Virus record (IMG/VR): IMGVR_UViG_2974586258_000001
Coordinates: 1-64,000 of that record
Reading direction: 5' to 3' (one strand)
Origin: a virus
Taxonomy: Duplodnaviria; Caudoviricetes
DNA length: 64,000 bases
A program made the position numbers and the translations under genes. The notes beneath the pieces were generated by a model that ran no database searches, was not told the origin of the DNA, and worked only from the letters and a program-made list of their open reading frames with translations. Shown here one piece after another: positions 8,854 through 16,764 of the stretch. Position 1 is the stretch's first letter. Each line of letters begins with the position of its first letter.

Positions 8854-9213
8854 TTACTTTGGGAAATTATCTTTTATAAATTTTAAAACTTCCTTAATTG
8901 CGCCTTTTCCCTCTTTATCTCGCTGGCGATCATACCACGACGGGCAAACATCATGCAACCTAGATCTGAGTGTATCCAGATGAATCGACCAGACCACTTT
9001 AAAACCGTCTATGTCGTATGACTTGCCAGTGACGGATATCCATGTCCGTCTGCCGTTTGGTAGATCGCTTACATACAGGTTAACAGGTTGATTTTGATCG
9101 ATTGCAACCAATAGTCCGTCAAAATTAGCCAAAACCTTGTAATCTTTTAAGCTGGATGCATATTCCTGACGCTGTGCAAAAGTAGCGTTATTCATATCCA
9201 TGTTAGAACTCAT
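8854..9213 (-). CDS. hypothetical early protein
   Basis: 119-aa ORF. Confidence 0.7.
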   Translation of the reverse strand: MSSNMDMNNATFAQRQEYASSLKDYKVLANFDGLLVAIDQNQPVNLYVSDLPNGRRTWISVTGKSYDIDGFKVVWSIHLDTLRSRLHDVCPSWYDRQRDKEGKGAIKEVLKFIKDNFPK

Positions 9214-9394
9214 ATTCGATCACCCCGTGTTCGTTAATGATTTGTGCTTTATAATAGCCGCCTTTTGATGCAATCGCATAGGCTTGCGCCATTGTAAGAT
9301 TGTCGCGGACATCCGGCAAGCTGTTTTCATATTCCATTAAAATCAATGTGAACATCTCAGTCAATCCTCTTTCGTTAACCTCGTTTCGTTTCAA
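9203..9394 (-). CDS. hypothetical early protein (true start may be the ATG near 9355)
   Basis: First gene after the leftward promoter; GAGGA RBS before an internal ATG. Confidence 0.6.
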   Translation of the reverse strand: MKRNEVNERGLTEMFTLILMEYENSLPDVRDNLTMAQAYAIASKGGYYKAQIINEHGVIEYEF

Positions 9395-9401
9395 TGGTGC
9401 A

Positions 9402-9516
9402 ACTATAGCAAGGGCAGATCAGAAGATCAAGACGCAAGACAACAAAAAGATGATAAATTTTTCTGAAAAGAAATCACACAAAGATGTTGATCTTGGTTGT
9501 CTGCTTTTGCTAGTAT
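9402..9516. promoter_or_regulatory. divergent sigma70 promoter pair, both with TTGATC -35
   Basis: Minus: TTGATC(9430-9425)-N17-TATAGT; plus: TTGATC(9487-9492)-N18-TAGTAT. Confidence 0.6.
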
Positions 9517-9581
9517 TTACCTCGACGGCAAACAATACCGGATTGTAGAAAAATCCAAACAAAATTTGAGAGATTAAACAA

Positions 9582-9776
9582 ATGAAACAAGATAAAGCAT
9601 TCTATCAAAACCTCCCCAAAGTTAATGGGTTCAAGTGGTCATATTTTGATAACGGGTTGCACTCTTTCACAAAGAAAACGGACAAAGGTTATCTAGAATG
9701 CAAGATGACAGAACAAGATATTCAAGATCCTGATCAGTTTGAATTTATGTTATCTCGTGGCCTTAGCCGAAAATAA
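9582..9776 (+). CDS. hypothetical early protein
   Basis: 64 aa; downstream of the plus-strand promoter. Confidence 0.7.
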   Translation: MKQDKAFYQNLPKVNGFKWSYFDNGLHSFTKKTDKGYLECKMTEQDIQDPDQFEFMLSRGLSRK

Positions 9777-9868
9777 TTTAAATTTTTCTTTGTCTGGGGC
9801 TTACAATACAAAATCAGGGATTTTGCTACCGAAAGAGAAAATTATTTAAATAATTTTCTCTTTTTCTA

Positions 9869-9897
9869 TTGCACTATGTGAGCCCTTGGTTTATACT
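9869..9897 (+). promoter_or_regulatory. sigma70 promoter with no downstream ORF
   Basis: TTGCAC-N17-TATACT. Confidence 0.7.
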
Positions 9898-10007
9898 GTA
9901 TTCAAGAGGTGAGGGAAAGCAGAGAGAGAGAGAGAAACGAGCGGAGCCTGTGAGCCGCAGCCGAGAGGCTAAAGGGTAGGGTGGTGGAACCTGCCTGACG
10001 TTCGCCA

Positions 10008-10054
10008 AACGAGAATGATTATCATTCAAATCGTAAATGAGAATGATTCTTATT
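10008..10054. promoter_or_regulatory. tandem Fur-box-like sites
   Basis: AACGAGAATGATTATCATT and AATGAGAATGATTCTTATT, each 1 mismatch to AATGANAATNATTNTCATT. Confidence 0.7.
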
Positions 10055-10332
10055 CGCTCCAAATTTCGCATTTGGATTCTGAATATCATTTTCCTATTGT
10101 ATATAAATTTTTTCGGTTATGGATTGGAAAATCCGTTTTATGGTCGAGATCTCATTTTTGAAAATTAATCTGAAAAATGAAACAGTCCTTTGTTTCTCAT
10201 TTTTCAATCTTGAAACTCGAAATGTGATCGAGACCTCAAAATTTTAGATGCTAATAATAAAAATGAATATGGTCTCAGGGTCTCATTTTTAAATTACAAT
10301 CAATAATTTTAAATGTTCCTCAATGTCTCAGA

Positions 10333-11034
10333 TTATTTAGATTTAATAATTTCAACAACGTTTGGGTAGATCCTTAAGTCAATTGTATCCATCTCATATT
10401 TTAAATCTAGTGCATGTTCTAATTTTCGAGACAACCAAGCATTGTACGCATTAATTTCATTATCGAAATAACCAAGATGTTCCCTCTTTTTAGTTCTTGG
10501 ATTACTACAACGAGATATGAATTTTTCTCTATTGTTATTCCAATTGACACCAATTTTATATATCCCTCTTCTTGATTTAACATCCATTGTGAAATTATTT
10601 AACCATGTAGGCACAAAAACACAAGTTTCTGGTGAATATATTTTGTTATCTTGTGATAACAAATCTTTATCTATTGCATAACCATCAATGTGGTTTTCAA
10701 TAAACCATTTTCTAAAATTACTAAACATTAACCACTCTTCGCAAACAGAAACTTCTCGATATGTTGGATAGACTTCACGTTGGTTTTTATCATAAACTCT
10801 CGCCAAGATACCAGTCCATACGGAATATATAGGACATTTGAGTTGTTTCTTATTGAAACAAGGGTGTGTTCTGTAATCTGCATCGTTTATTCCATAATTA
10901 AATAGGGATTTTCGTTGTGCATTAGTATAATTATTTACAGGATAATTTTCTCTCAGATATTCAGAAAATTCCGATGCTTTCGACATTTTAATCTCTTTCT
11001 CCACTTTAAACCTCTTGGTTGTTATCATAATCAA
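10333..11034 (-). CDS. HNH-family homing endonuclease with AP2-like C-terminus
   Basis: YSVWTGILARVY...VCEEWLMFSNFRKWF...IDKDLL..NKIYSPETCVFVP; C-terminal HLGYF. Confidence 0.8.
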   Translation of the reverse strand: MIMITTKRFKVEKEIKMSKASEFSEYLRENYPVNNYTNAQRKSLFNYGINDADYRTHPCFNKKQLKCPIYSVWTGILARVYDKNQREVYPTYREVSVCEEWLMFSNFRKWFIENHIDGYAIDKDLLSQDNKIYSPETCVFVPTWLNNFTMDVKSRRGIYKIGVNWNNNREKFISRCSNPRTKKREHLGYFDNEINAYNAWLSRKLEHALDLKYEMDTIDLRIYPNVVEIIKSK

Positions 11035-11370
11035 TTTTATATTTTTTCAAAACTTCTTCACAAAATATTAATAATGGTTCCACAAATACATCAGCTTTAA
11101 TCTCCTCATCACAAACTATTAACTTATTAACCCATGACAAATCAATTTCAACAATATCGTATGGTTTTTGTTGCATAAAATTTTCCTCTTTAAAATTATC
11201 AGATTACAAATAATATTATAACATATCGTATGGTTTTTAATAAATAATACTTTGTTATAATAAATGTTTTCTATTTTACTTTCAGTTATATCAATGTATT
11301 ATCGAGACTCCAAACGTTAAGCATGAATTTATTCCCTGGGTCTCAAAAATTGATAGTTGTTAAAACCTCA

Positions 11371-11463
11371 TAGGAAGCTATCTGATGCATTACATGCCAT
11401 TCAGGCTACAATGGTATTCCTTTAATCTAGGAATTGATTTAAAGCACTGTACAGTGCGTTATA
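11371..11463 (-). repeat. dispersed ~90-bp imperfect palindromic repeat, copy A
   Basis: Reverse complement shares TATAACGC, AATCAATTCCTAG, ATACCATTGTA and AGCTTCCT with copies B-D. Confidence 0.6.
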
Positions 11464-11562
11464 TGCAATACCTAGGACAGACAAATGGACAAGGTAAACA
11501 ATAAATAAAGAAAAGCCAAGGATTATCCTTGGCAAGGGGTAATTTTATAATCTGTTATTCCC

Positions 11563-11859
11563 TCACCGCAACATCTCCGTTGGAATAAAATAAACCACAA
11601 GTTGATCTTTTTCAAATTCTTCTAGCTTATGATATTTTCGATTATCGAAATCAATAGTTGCTTTTGCATATAGTTCTTTAAAACCATTTAAATCTTTTGA
11701 TTCTAAAAAGAATTCAAAAACATATTCATCAATAATTGGCCTGCCGTTAGTGTCCCTTGCAAAATTAATACAAGTGTAATAATCCATATATTTCTCTGGC
11801 ATATTAATAATCAAACTCTTGATTCCTGATTTGTGATGTTTAAATTTTAATTCTTTCAT
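11563..11859 (-). CDS. hypothetical protein
   Basis: 98-aa ORF. Confidence 0.7.
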   Translation of the reverse strand: MKELKFKHHKSGIKSLIINMPEKYMDYYTCINFARDTNGRPIIDEYVFEFFLESKDLNGFKELYAKATIDFDNRKYHKLEEFEKDQLVVYFIPTEMLR

Positions 11860-12272
11860 TTGTAGTAGTCCTTGTTATAAATTAAATGATCTTCTTTAAA
11901 AGCTCGAAGAGTTAACTCTTTAAGTATCTGTTCATAATCTGCACAAATAAGATCATTCTCTGTAGGCAAGAAAATATGTGCAATCTTGTCTGCTTCTTTA
12001 ACAAACTCAATCAATTCGTTATATTCTAATTCGCCCAATCCAAAGCAGTGACCTCTTGGAATAGGTTTAGATAAATCAAAAGTCCCGTTGGATTCTTTAA
12101 AATACTGCAAAACATAATATAAGGATGGATCTCTGCGATCTAAAATATGAACTATCATAGATTCACCTTTAAATATTAGCATTGATTCTAGTTTCATCCA
12201 ATTTAACTCATTTAAAATTGGAAAATTATAAAGGTCTGTATTAATTAGAAATTTATTTTGTTTGTTGTCCAT
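11856..12272 (-). CDS. hypothetical protein
   Basis: 138-aa ORF with RBS. Confidence 0.75.
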   Translation of the reverse strand: MDNKQNKFLINTDLYNFPILNELNWMKLESMLIFKGESMIVHILDRRDPSLYYVLQYFKESNGTFDLSKPIPRGHCFGLGELEYNELIEFVKEADKIAHIFLPTENDLICADYEQILKELTLRAFKEDHLIYNKDYYK

Positions 12273-12284
12273 TTATATTTCCCT

Positions 12285-12515
12285 CTAGCTTTCAGGATAC
12301 GATTCAAGAATATTGTCAATAGCTTGTGATAATCCACCCTCATTAAATGTAAAAGCTGTAGATTTAAAACAAACACGCATTTTATTTACAAAATGTACAC
12401 CATCTCTTTCAAATCTGCAACGATCTGGGATAATTTCATAGTCTCCATCATTTCGTTCCAACCATTCAATATGGTGTTTCTGTAGTTTCATATTATCCCT
12501 CCTGTTGTTTATCAT
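12285..12515 (-). CDS. hypothetical protein
   Basis: ORF with GGAGGG RBS before internal MKLQK. Confidence 0.65.
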   Translation of the reverse strand: MINNRRDNMKLQKHHIEWLERNDGDYEIIPDRCRFERDGVHFVNKMRVCFKSTAFTFNEGGLSQAIDNILESYPES

Positions 12516-12699
12516 ACATCTTCTGAGACATGCCTTCTGTCACTTGGCTTAATGCTTCCCGTAAGTGCATACTAATGTTGTAAAGGTCATTAACTTCTTC
12601 AACCATCCACATATCATGTTCTGACTCACGCATCAATCTTTCCGCACGAACTAAAGCATTTATGTAACCACTTAGGCACTCCTTCCCATATTCTGTCAT
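12493..12699 (-). CDS. hypothetical protein
   Basis: 68 aa; AGGAG RBS. Confidence 0.7.
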   Translation of the reverse strand: MTEYGKECLSGYINALVRAERLMRESEHDMWMVEEVNDLYNISMHLREALSQVTEGMSQKMYDKQQEG

Positions 12700-12750
12700 T
12701 TTCTTCTCCTTTTCTAAATTAAATTAACTGTACTTGTTTACTCTTATTCA

Positions 12751-12853
12751 TAAATCAATTCTAACCTATCTAAATCGCTCTATAACGAATTCCTAGACAA
12801 AGGTAATACCTTTGCATACCCTGACACCAAGAATGCAATACGGAGCTTCCTGT
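12751..12853 (+). repeat. dispersed palindromic repeat, copy B
   Basis: CGCTCTATAACGAATTCCTAG...ATACCTTTGCA...AATACGGAGCTTCCT. Confidence 0.6.
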
Positions 12854-12929
12854 GAAGTTTAATTGGTTATCAATCTTAAATTTGAAATTCCGTTCAAGGT
12901 CTCATTTTATGCTTTAGTTCTTAATTTTA

Positions 12930-13211
12930 TTAAGCATCACTACTTGCGTCAAAAACACCTTTCCAACTTGCAACATTTTTATCTACCCAAAATGCATTGC
13001 CATATCTGTTGTGGTGGTCTGGAAGTTTATGAATATCATCTTGTTCCCAACCATCTAGTTCAAGGACAACTGTCCTACCTGTTTTAACACACCAAGCAAG
13101 TGCTGCTTGAAAGTTATCAAATCCACGAACAGGTTTAATAATGTGACCTGATTCACGATATAATTTTGCTTTCTTTTGGGTGGTACAGTGATACAATCTT
13201 GTTGGTTTCAT
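12930..13211 (-). CDS. small protein, possible ADP-ribosyltransferase-like fold
   Basis: N-terminal RLYHCT..KA..Y..SG.I motif. Confidence 0.5.
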   Translation of the reverse strand: MKPTRLYHCTTQKKAKLYRESGHIIKPVRGFDNFQAALAWCVKTGRTVVLELDGWEQDDIHKLPDHHNRYGNAFWVDKNVASWKGVFDASSDA

Positions 13212-13222
13212 TTTATTTCTCC

Positions 13223-13429
13223 TTATTTAACAGTAAATGATTTCCCACACTTGTCACATTTGTAGTTCTCATAGTAACAACTGACTCCTACTAACCTTGC
13301 TGGATAAGAACAACCACAAGGAAAGAATTCATAATCTAATTCTACCTCTCTTTGTGTACTCATATCAACAACAAGTGTATAGCCATATTCTTTGTGTGAA
13401 ATACATTTAAGGTTCATGTTCTTAACCAT
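13223..13429 (-). CDS. small Zn-ribbon protein
   Basis: CGC...CDKCG motifs. Confidence 0.6.
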   Translation of the reverse strand: MVKNMNLKCISHKEYGYTLVVDMSTQREVELDYEFFPCGCSYPARLVGVSCYYENYKCDKCGKSFTVK

Positions 13430-13560
13430 CTCTTTGATTTGATAAGCTAAGTATCACACAACCGAGATACCTTTGCAAGAACTTTATAGACTCTTGTGAT
13501 AAATTTTTGGTTTGGTATGAGGAAAAGGAAAGATAAAAAGAAAGCAGGCTTGTTGGTGTA

Positions 13561-14826
13561 TCAATACTTTATATCGATCTTGCAATTAACTTTAGAACCT
13601 AGTCTATCTTCGAATGCCCATTCCATAACTTCAATTAGTTCTTGCCTATCTTCACGTTTGACAATAAAGCTGTCGTGAACACACAGGATACATTTGTTTT
13701 GTTGAACGAAATAATTGATTACTTTTGCTGCAATACTACTGTCAACACATTGTAATCTTAGACCTACAATGGCATTAGATTGGAACTTCTCAAGCAGATA
13801 CGGGTTATTATCAATAATAGCATATAGAATTTCCATTGGGTCTATAATAATTTTAGGAATCTGTTTATTCTTGTACAATTGTTTTGTATTTAGATTTTTA
13901 CTGATCCACTGGCTAAGTGCCATCACATAGCTCGCATCATTACGACAATTCAGTCTGATAAGCATAGCCATTTTTGCAAGTTTACGTAACAACTTCTTAT
14001 CATAACCTACAATTTCAATATTATAAGGATCAAAATCATCATCAAAATCGTACTTTTGTTCTGTTGCCAAGATACTTGGATGAAGTGCTGTATAATCACA
14101 CTCTGTTACGGGAGAACCATCAATTGTGATCTTTGCTCGTTCTTCTGATGGCAGAGATTGAACAACACCTTGTGCATTGTAGAACCGCCCTCCTTCATCA
14201 AAAGAATTATTGAAAATACGCATTGTATTAACAAACAAACGTTGTCCGTTTTGATCACGAATATCAAATTGTTCACTTAACTCATTATACAATTTCAACT
14301 CCTTAATCATTGCTCTTGTTTCTTCAACAGACTTAAACTGTTTGGGTTTACGGTTCTTATCACGAAGTTCTAATACACTCTCAAGGAGAGGTTTGTTAGT
14401 ATCTTGCAATAATACGTATAAGTTTTCAAAAATCTCTTCTGATAATGTTAATACAGATTGTTCAAAACAAGCATCTCCGTTGTCATCATAGTGACTGAAA
14501 CCACCTTTGTCAAGGATACAACCACATTTCTGCATAACATCCAAAAACAACCTAAAGGATTTATAATCTATTGGACTTGCCTTACTCTTTTGTCCATTGA
14601 TGATTGGTTTATTATAGAACATATTACGGTCTAAGGTGATATAAATATTGTCGATACCATTAGTGATTGTACGAGATAGATTGTAAACCATACAATTAAT
14701 TATTTGTTTAATTTGTTTTGTTTTATTGTCTGATAGCGTAACGATATTGTATTTATTGAATATAGAAAATAGCCAGTCTGATGCTGGCTTGTATTCTTTG
14801 TTTATAGTTTTAGCTAATAAGTACAT
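13561..14826 (-). CDS. minimal family-A/T7-RNAP-superfamily polymerase-like protein
   Basis: GGRFY...QSLP...TECDYTALHP (motif A), RKLAKMAML (motif B-like), LQCVDS and LCVHDSFIV (motif C). Confidence 0.65.
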   Translation of the reverse strand: MYLLAKTINKEYKPASDWLFSIFNKYNIVTLSDNKTKQIKQIINCMVYNLSRTITNGIDNIYITLDRNMFYNKPIINGQKSKASPIDYKSFRLFLDVMQKCGCILDKGGFSHYDDNGDACFEQSVLTLSEEIFENLYVLLQDTNKPLLESVLELRDKNRKPKQFKSVEETRAMIKELKLYNELSEQFDIRDQNGQRLFVNTMRIFNNSFDEGGRFYNAQGVVQSLPSEERAKITIDGSPVTECDYTALHPSILATEQKYDFDDDFDPYNIEIVGYDKKLLRKLAKMAMLIRLNCRNDASYVMALSQWISKNLNTKQLYKNKQIPKIIIDPMEILYAIIDNNPYLLEKFQSNAIVGLRLQCVDSSIAAKVINYFVQQNKCILCVHDSFIVKREDRQELIEVMEWAFEDRLGSKVNCKIDIKY

Positions 14827-15365
14827 TTATTATTAATCCTTTATTATTATAATATAAAAAAAAGTATATAAGAGAGGTCAACTTCATTTTAATACTCCTA
14901 AAGTGCCTTCAGCCCTTGCCAGCTCTGGCTTAGAGGCACCTAAAGTGGCAAGACAGGGGTGTAATTTACATATTCAATTACTCATCTTTTTCCATACCAT
15001 TTTCATACTTCTCTAGCATTTCTTTACAGAACATTACAAGTGGTTCAACAAATACACTTGCTGTTACTGTGTCATCTTCAGTATCAAAATAGATATCATT
15101 AACCCAACTCAAATCCACTTTGACTTTATCATATGGTTCCATAGTGCTCTCCTATTTTGTTGGTGTAGATTATATATTAACATTTAAACCCGTGTTTTCA
15201 AAATAACGTTTAGTTCTATGTTATAACTTTTAGTTATAAATAACAACAATAACCCCCTATCATAGACCAAATTGTATTTAAAATTTGATATAAACATAAA
15301 ATAACAAGATAATAAAACATGGACACAAAGAAAGCCTCTTCCAGTTTATGGTTGAGGCTTTTATT

Positions 15366-15613
15366 TTATTTGTTTTTCATACTCTCAACAAACATTCCCC
15401 CGAAGGTTGTAAGTTTCTTCTTAGTTCCTTTCTTTCCATCGATTAGAAATCCACCTGTTGTCATAATACAATAAGCAGTACTTCCAGACCAATAACCATT
15501 AACTTGGTCTGTTAACTTCTTTAGTAGTTGTTTCTTTGCAAGTTCAACATCCTTGCTTTGTGGGCCACACCAACAACTATTGAATAGTTTGAAAATTACT
15601 TCGTCAAAAACAT
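15366..15613 (-). pseudogene. frameshifted small gene
   Basis: ATG with RBS at 15613 is out of frame, across a T5 run, with an ~80-codon open frame (DEVIFKLF...) ending at TAA 15366. Confidence 0.5.
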
Positions 15614-15782
15614 TATTGGTCCTTCTTCAATCTCCTCTACAATACAATCATAATAACTGTCATCGTTGTTAACTTCACCTTCTACTTCTCCTGCAATATC
15701 TCTTGCTTCTGAAGAAGATTCTGCATCAACGTACACTGTTTCTGTATATTGGAAAAACTTTTGTTACTTTGTATTTTGCCAT
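15596..15782 (-). pseudogene. frameshifted small gene
   Basis: MAKYKVTKV / FQYTETVYVDAESSSEARDIA joins if one T is removed from a T5 run near 15755. Confidence 0.55.
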
Positions 15783-15785
15783 TAT

Positions 15786-16055
15786 TTATATTTCCTCGAT
15801 CTTTGTCGTCCAACCAATACCATATACATTTTTATCTACAATTTCAATATATGTTTTTTGCTTCTCTATTGTACTCTTAATCTTAGATCGTTCTACTGTA
15901 TATGTATCTTTTAAATTATCTAGATATACTCCAACAGACATATAAGTAGGACTATGAAACCATTTATACATAATCTCTTCTAATGTCCCTGTCATGTAAA
16001 AGTAAGGTTCTGTGTAACCGTCTAATATTTGTTCAAACTTATAAAGTTTTGTCAT
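15786..16055 (-). CDS. hypothetical protein
   Basis: 89-aa ORF. Confidence 0.7.
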   Translation of the reverse strand: MTKLYKFEQILDGYTEPYFYMTGTLEEIMYKWFHSPTYMSVGVYLDNLKDTYTVERSKIKSTIEKQKTYIEIVDKNVYGIGWTTKIEEI

Positions 16056-16060
16056 CGTCT

Positions 16061-16264
16061 TTATTCCATCTTAAAGTCAATGTGCCCTGTTTGACGGCAT
16101 TTGACTTTGAAAACAGAACCGTCATGAAACTTAACACCAATAAACTCTGAATGTTTAGTTACAAAATGATGGCACAAAGTATGGATTGTGTCAATCACAT
16201 ATTCATAAGTATCTTCTTCGGTTACTCCCAAATCATCAGCATCAAAAATAATATAGTGTCCCAT
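16061..16264 (-). CDS. hypothetical protein
   Basis: 67 aa; GGAGG RBS. Confidence 0.7.
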   Translation of the reverse strand: MGHYIIFDADDLGVTEEDTYEYVIDTIHTLCHHFVTKHSEFIGVKFHDGSVFKVKCRQTGHIDFKME

Positions 16265-16289
16265 TTTAACCTCCTTCTCTAAAACCTTA

Positions 16290-16378
16290 TATAACGCTCT
16301 ATAATCAATTCTTAGGTGTTTAGGCTATGTGTGTACTGCCCATACCTAAACTATTCAATACAGGGCTTTCTAGGTGCC
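16290..16378 (+). repeat. dispersed palindromic repeat, copy C
   Basis: TATAACGCTCTATAATCAATTCTTAGGT...ACCTAAACTATTCAATACAGGGC. Confidence 0.65.
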
Positions 16379-16654
16379 TTATTTTTGATTATTGATTGCT
16401 TTGCTAACCCTATTATAAATATAATAGACAAAGATTAATAACATATGCCCCCAGAACCAGTAATAGGCGAAGGGTAAGGTGGCTTCCCAAACACCCAATC
16501 TAATCCAACCAGTTGCTTGTGCAAATACAACTATACAACTAATGATAATAGATGAAACATAACTACTTCCCAACAAAACACCAATAAGATTAGTTACTGC
16601 CTTCAAATCTTGTCTAAACATATGCAAAAGTTCCTTAACAACCTTATTATTCAT
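16379..16654 (-). CDS. two-TM membrane protein
   Basis: Two hydrophobic stretches; GGAGG RBS. Confidence 0.7.
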   Translation of the reverse strand: MNNKVVKELLHMFRQDLKAVTNLIGVLLGSSYVSSIIISCIVVFAQATGWIRLGVWEATLPFAYYWFWGHMLLIFVYYIYNRVSKAINNQK

Positions 16655-16671
16655 AAAACCTCCTGCGATAA

Positions 16672-16755
16672 GTTATAATCAATTCTGATAGCGTTCCGCT
16701 ACCCTTGTATTGGTCTGCACCTAACTATTGATTCTAGGTACCTCTGAGAGCGTTT
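16672..16755 (+). repeat. dispersed palindromic repeat, copy D
   Basis: TATAATCAATTCT...GCTACCCTTGTA...ACCTAACTATTGATT. Confidence 0.6.
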
Positions 16756-16764
16756 AATTGTGTA

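Noticed and set aside
2751-9730. CAAGAT hexamer enrichment as a separate signal
   Set aside because: Also common elsewhere in the window and partly overlaps the GATC signal; cannot be separated without counting software
9874-10089. 71-aa minus-strand ORF
   Set aside because: Runs antisense across Fur boxes, hairpins and the (GA)n tract, with no RBS
11371-16755. Calling the dispersed palindromes integron attC sites
   Set aside because: No consistent RYYYAAC/GTTRRRY ends and no integrase in the window; kept only as an unnamed repeat family
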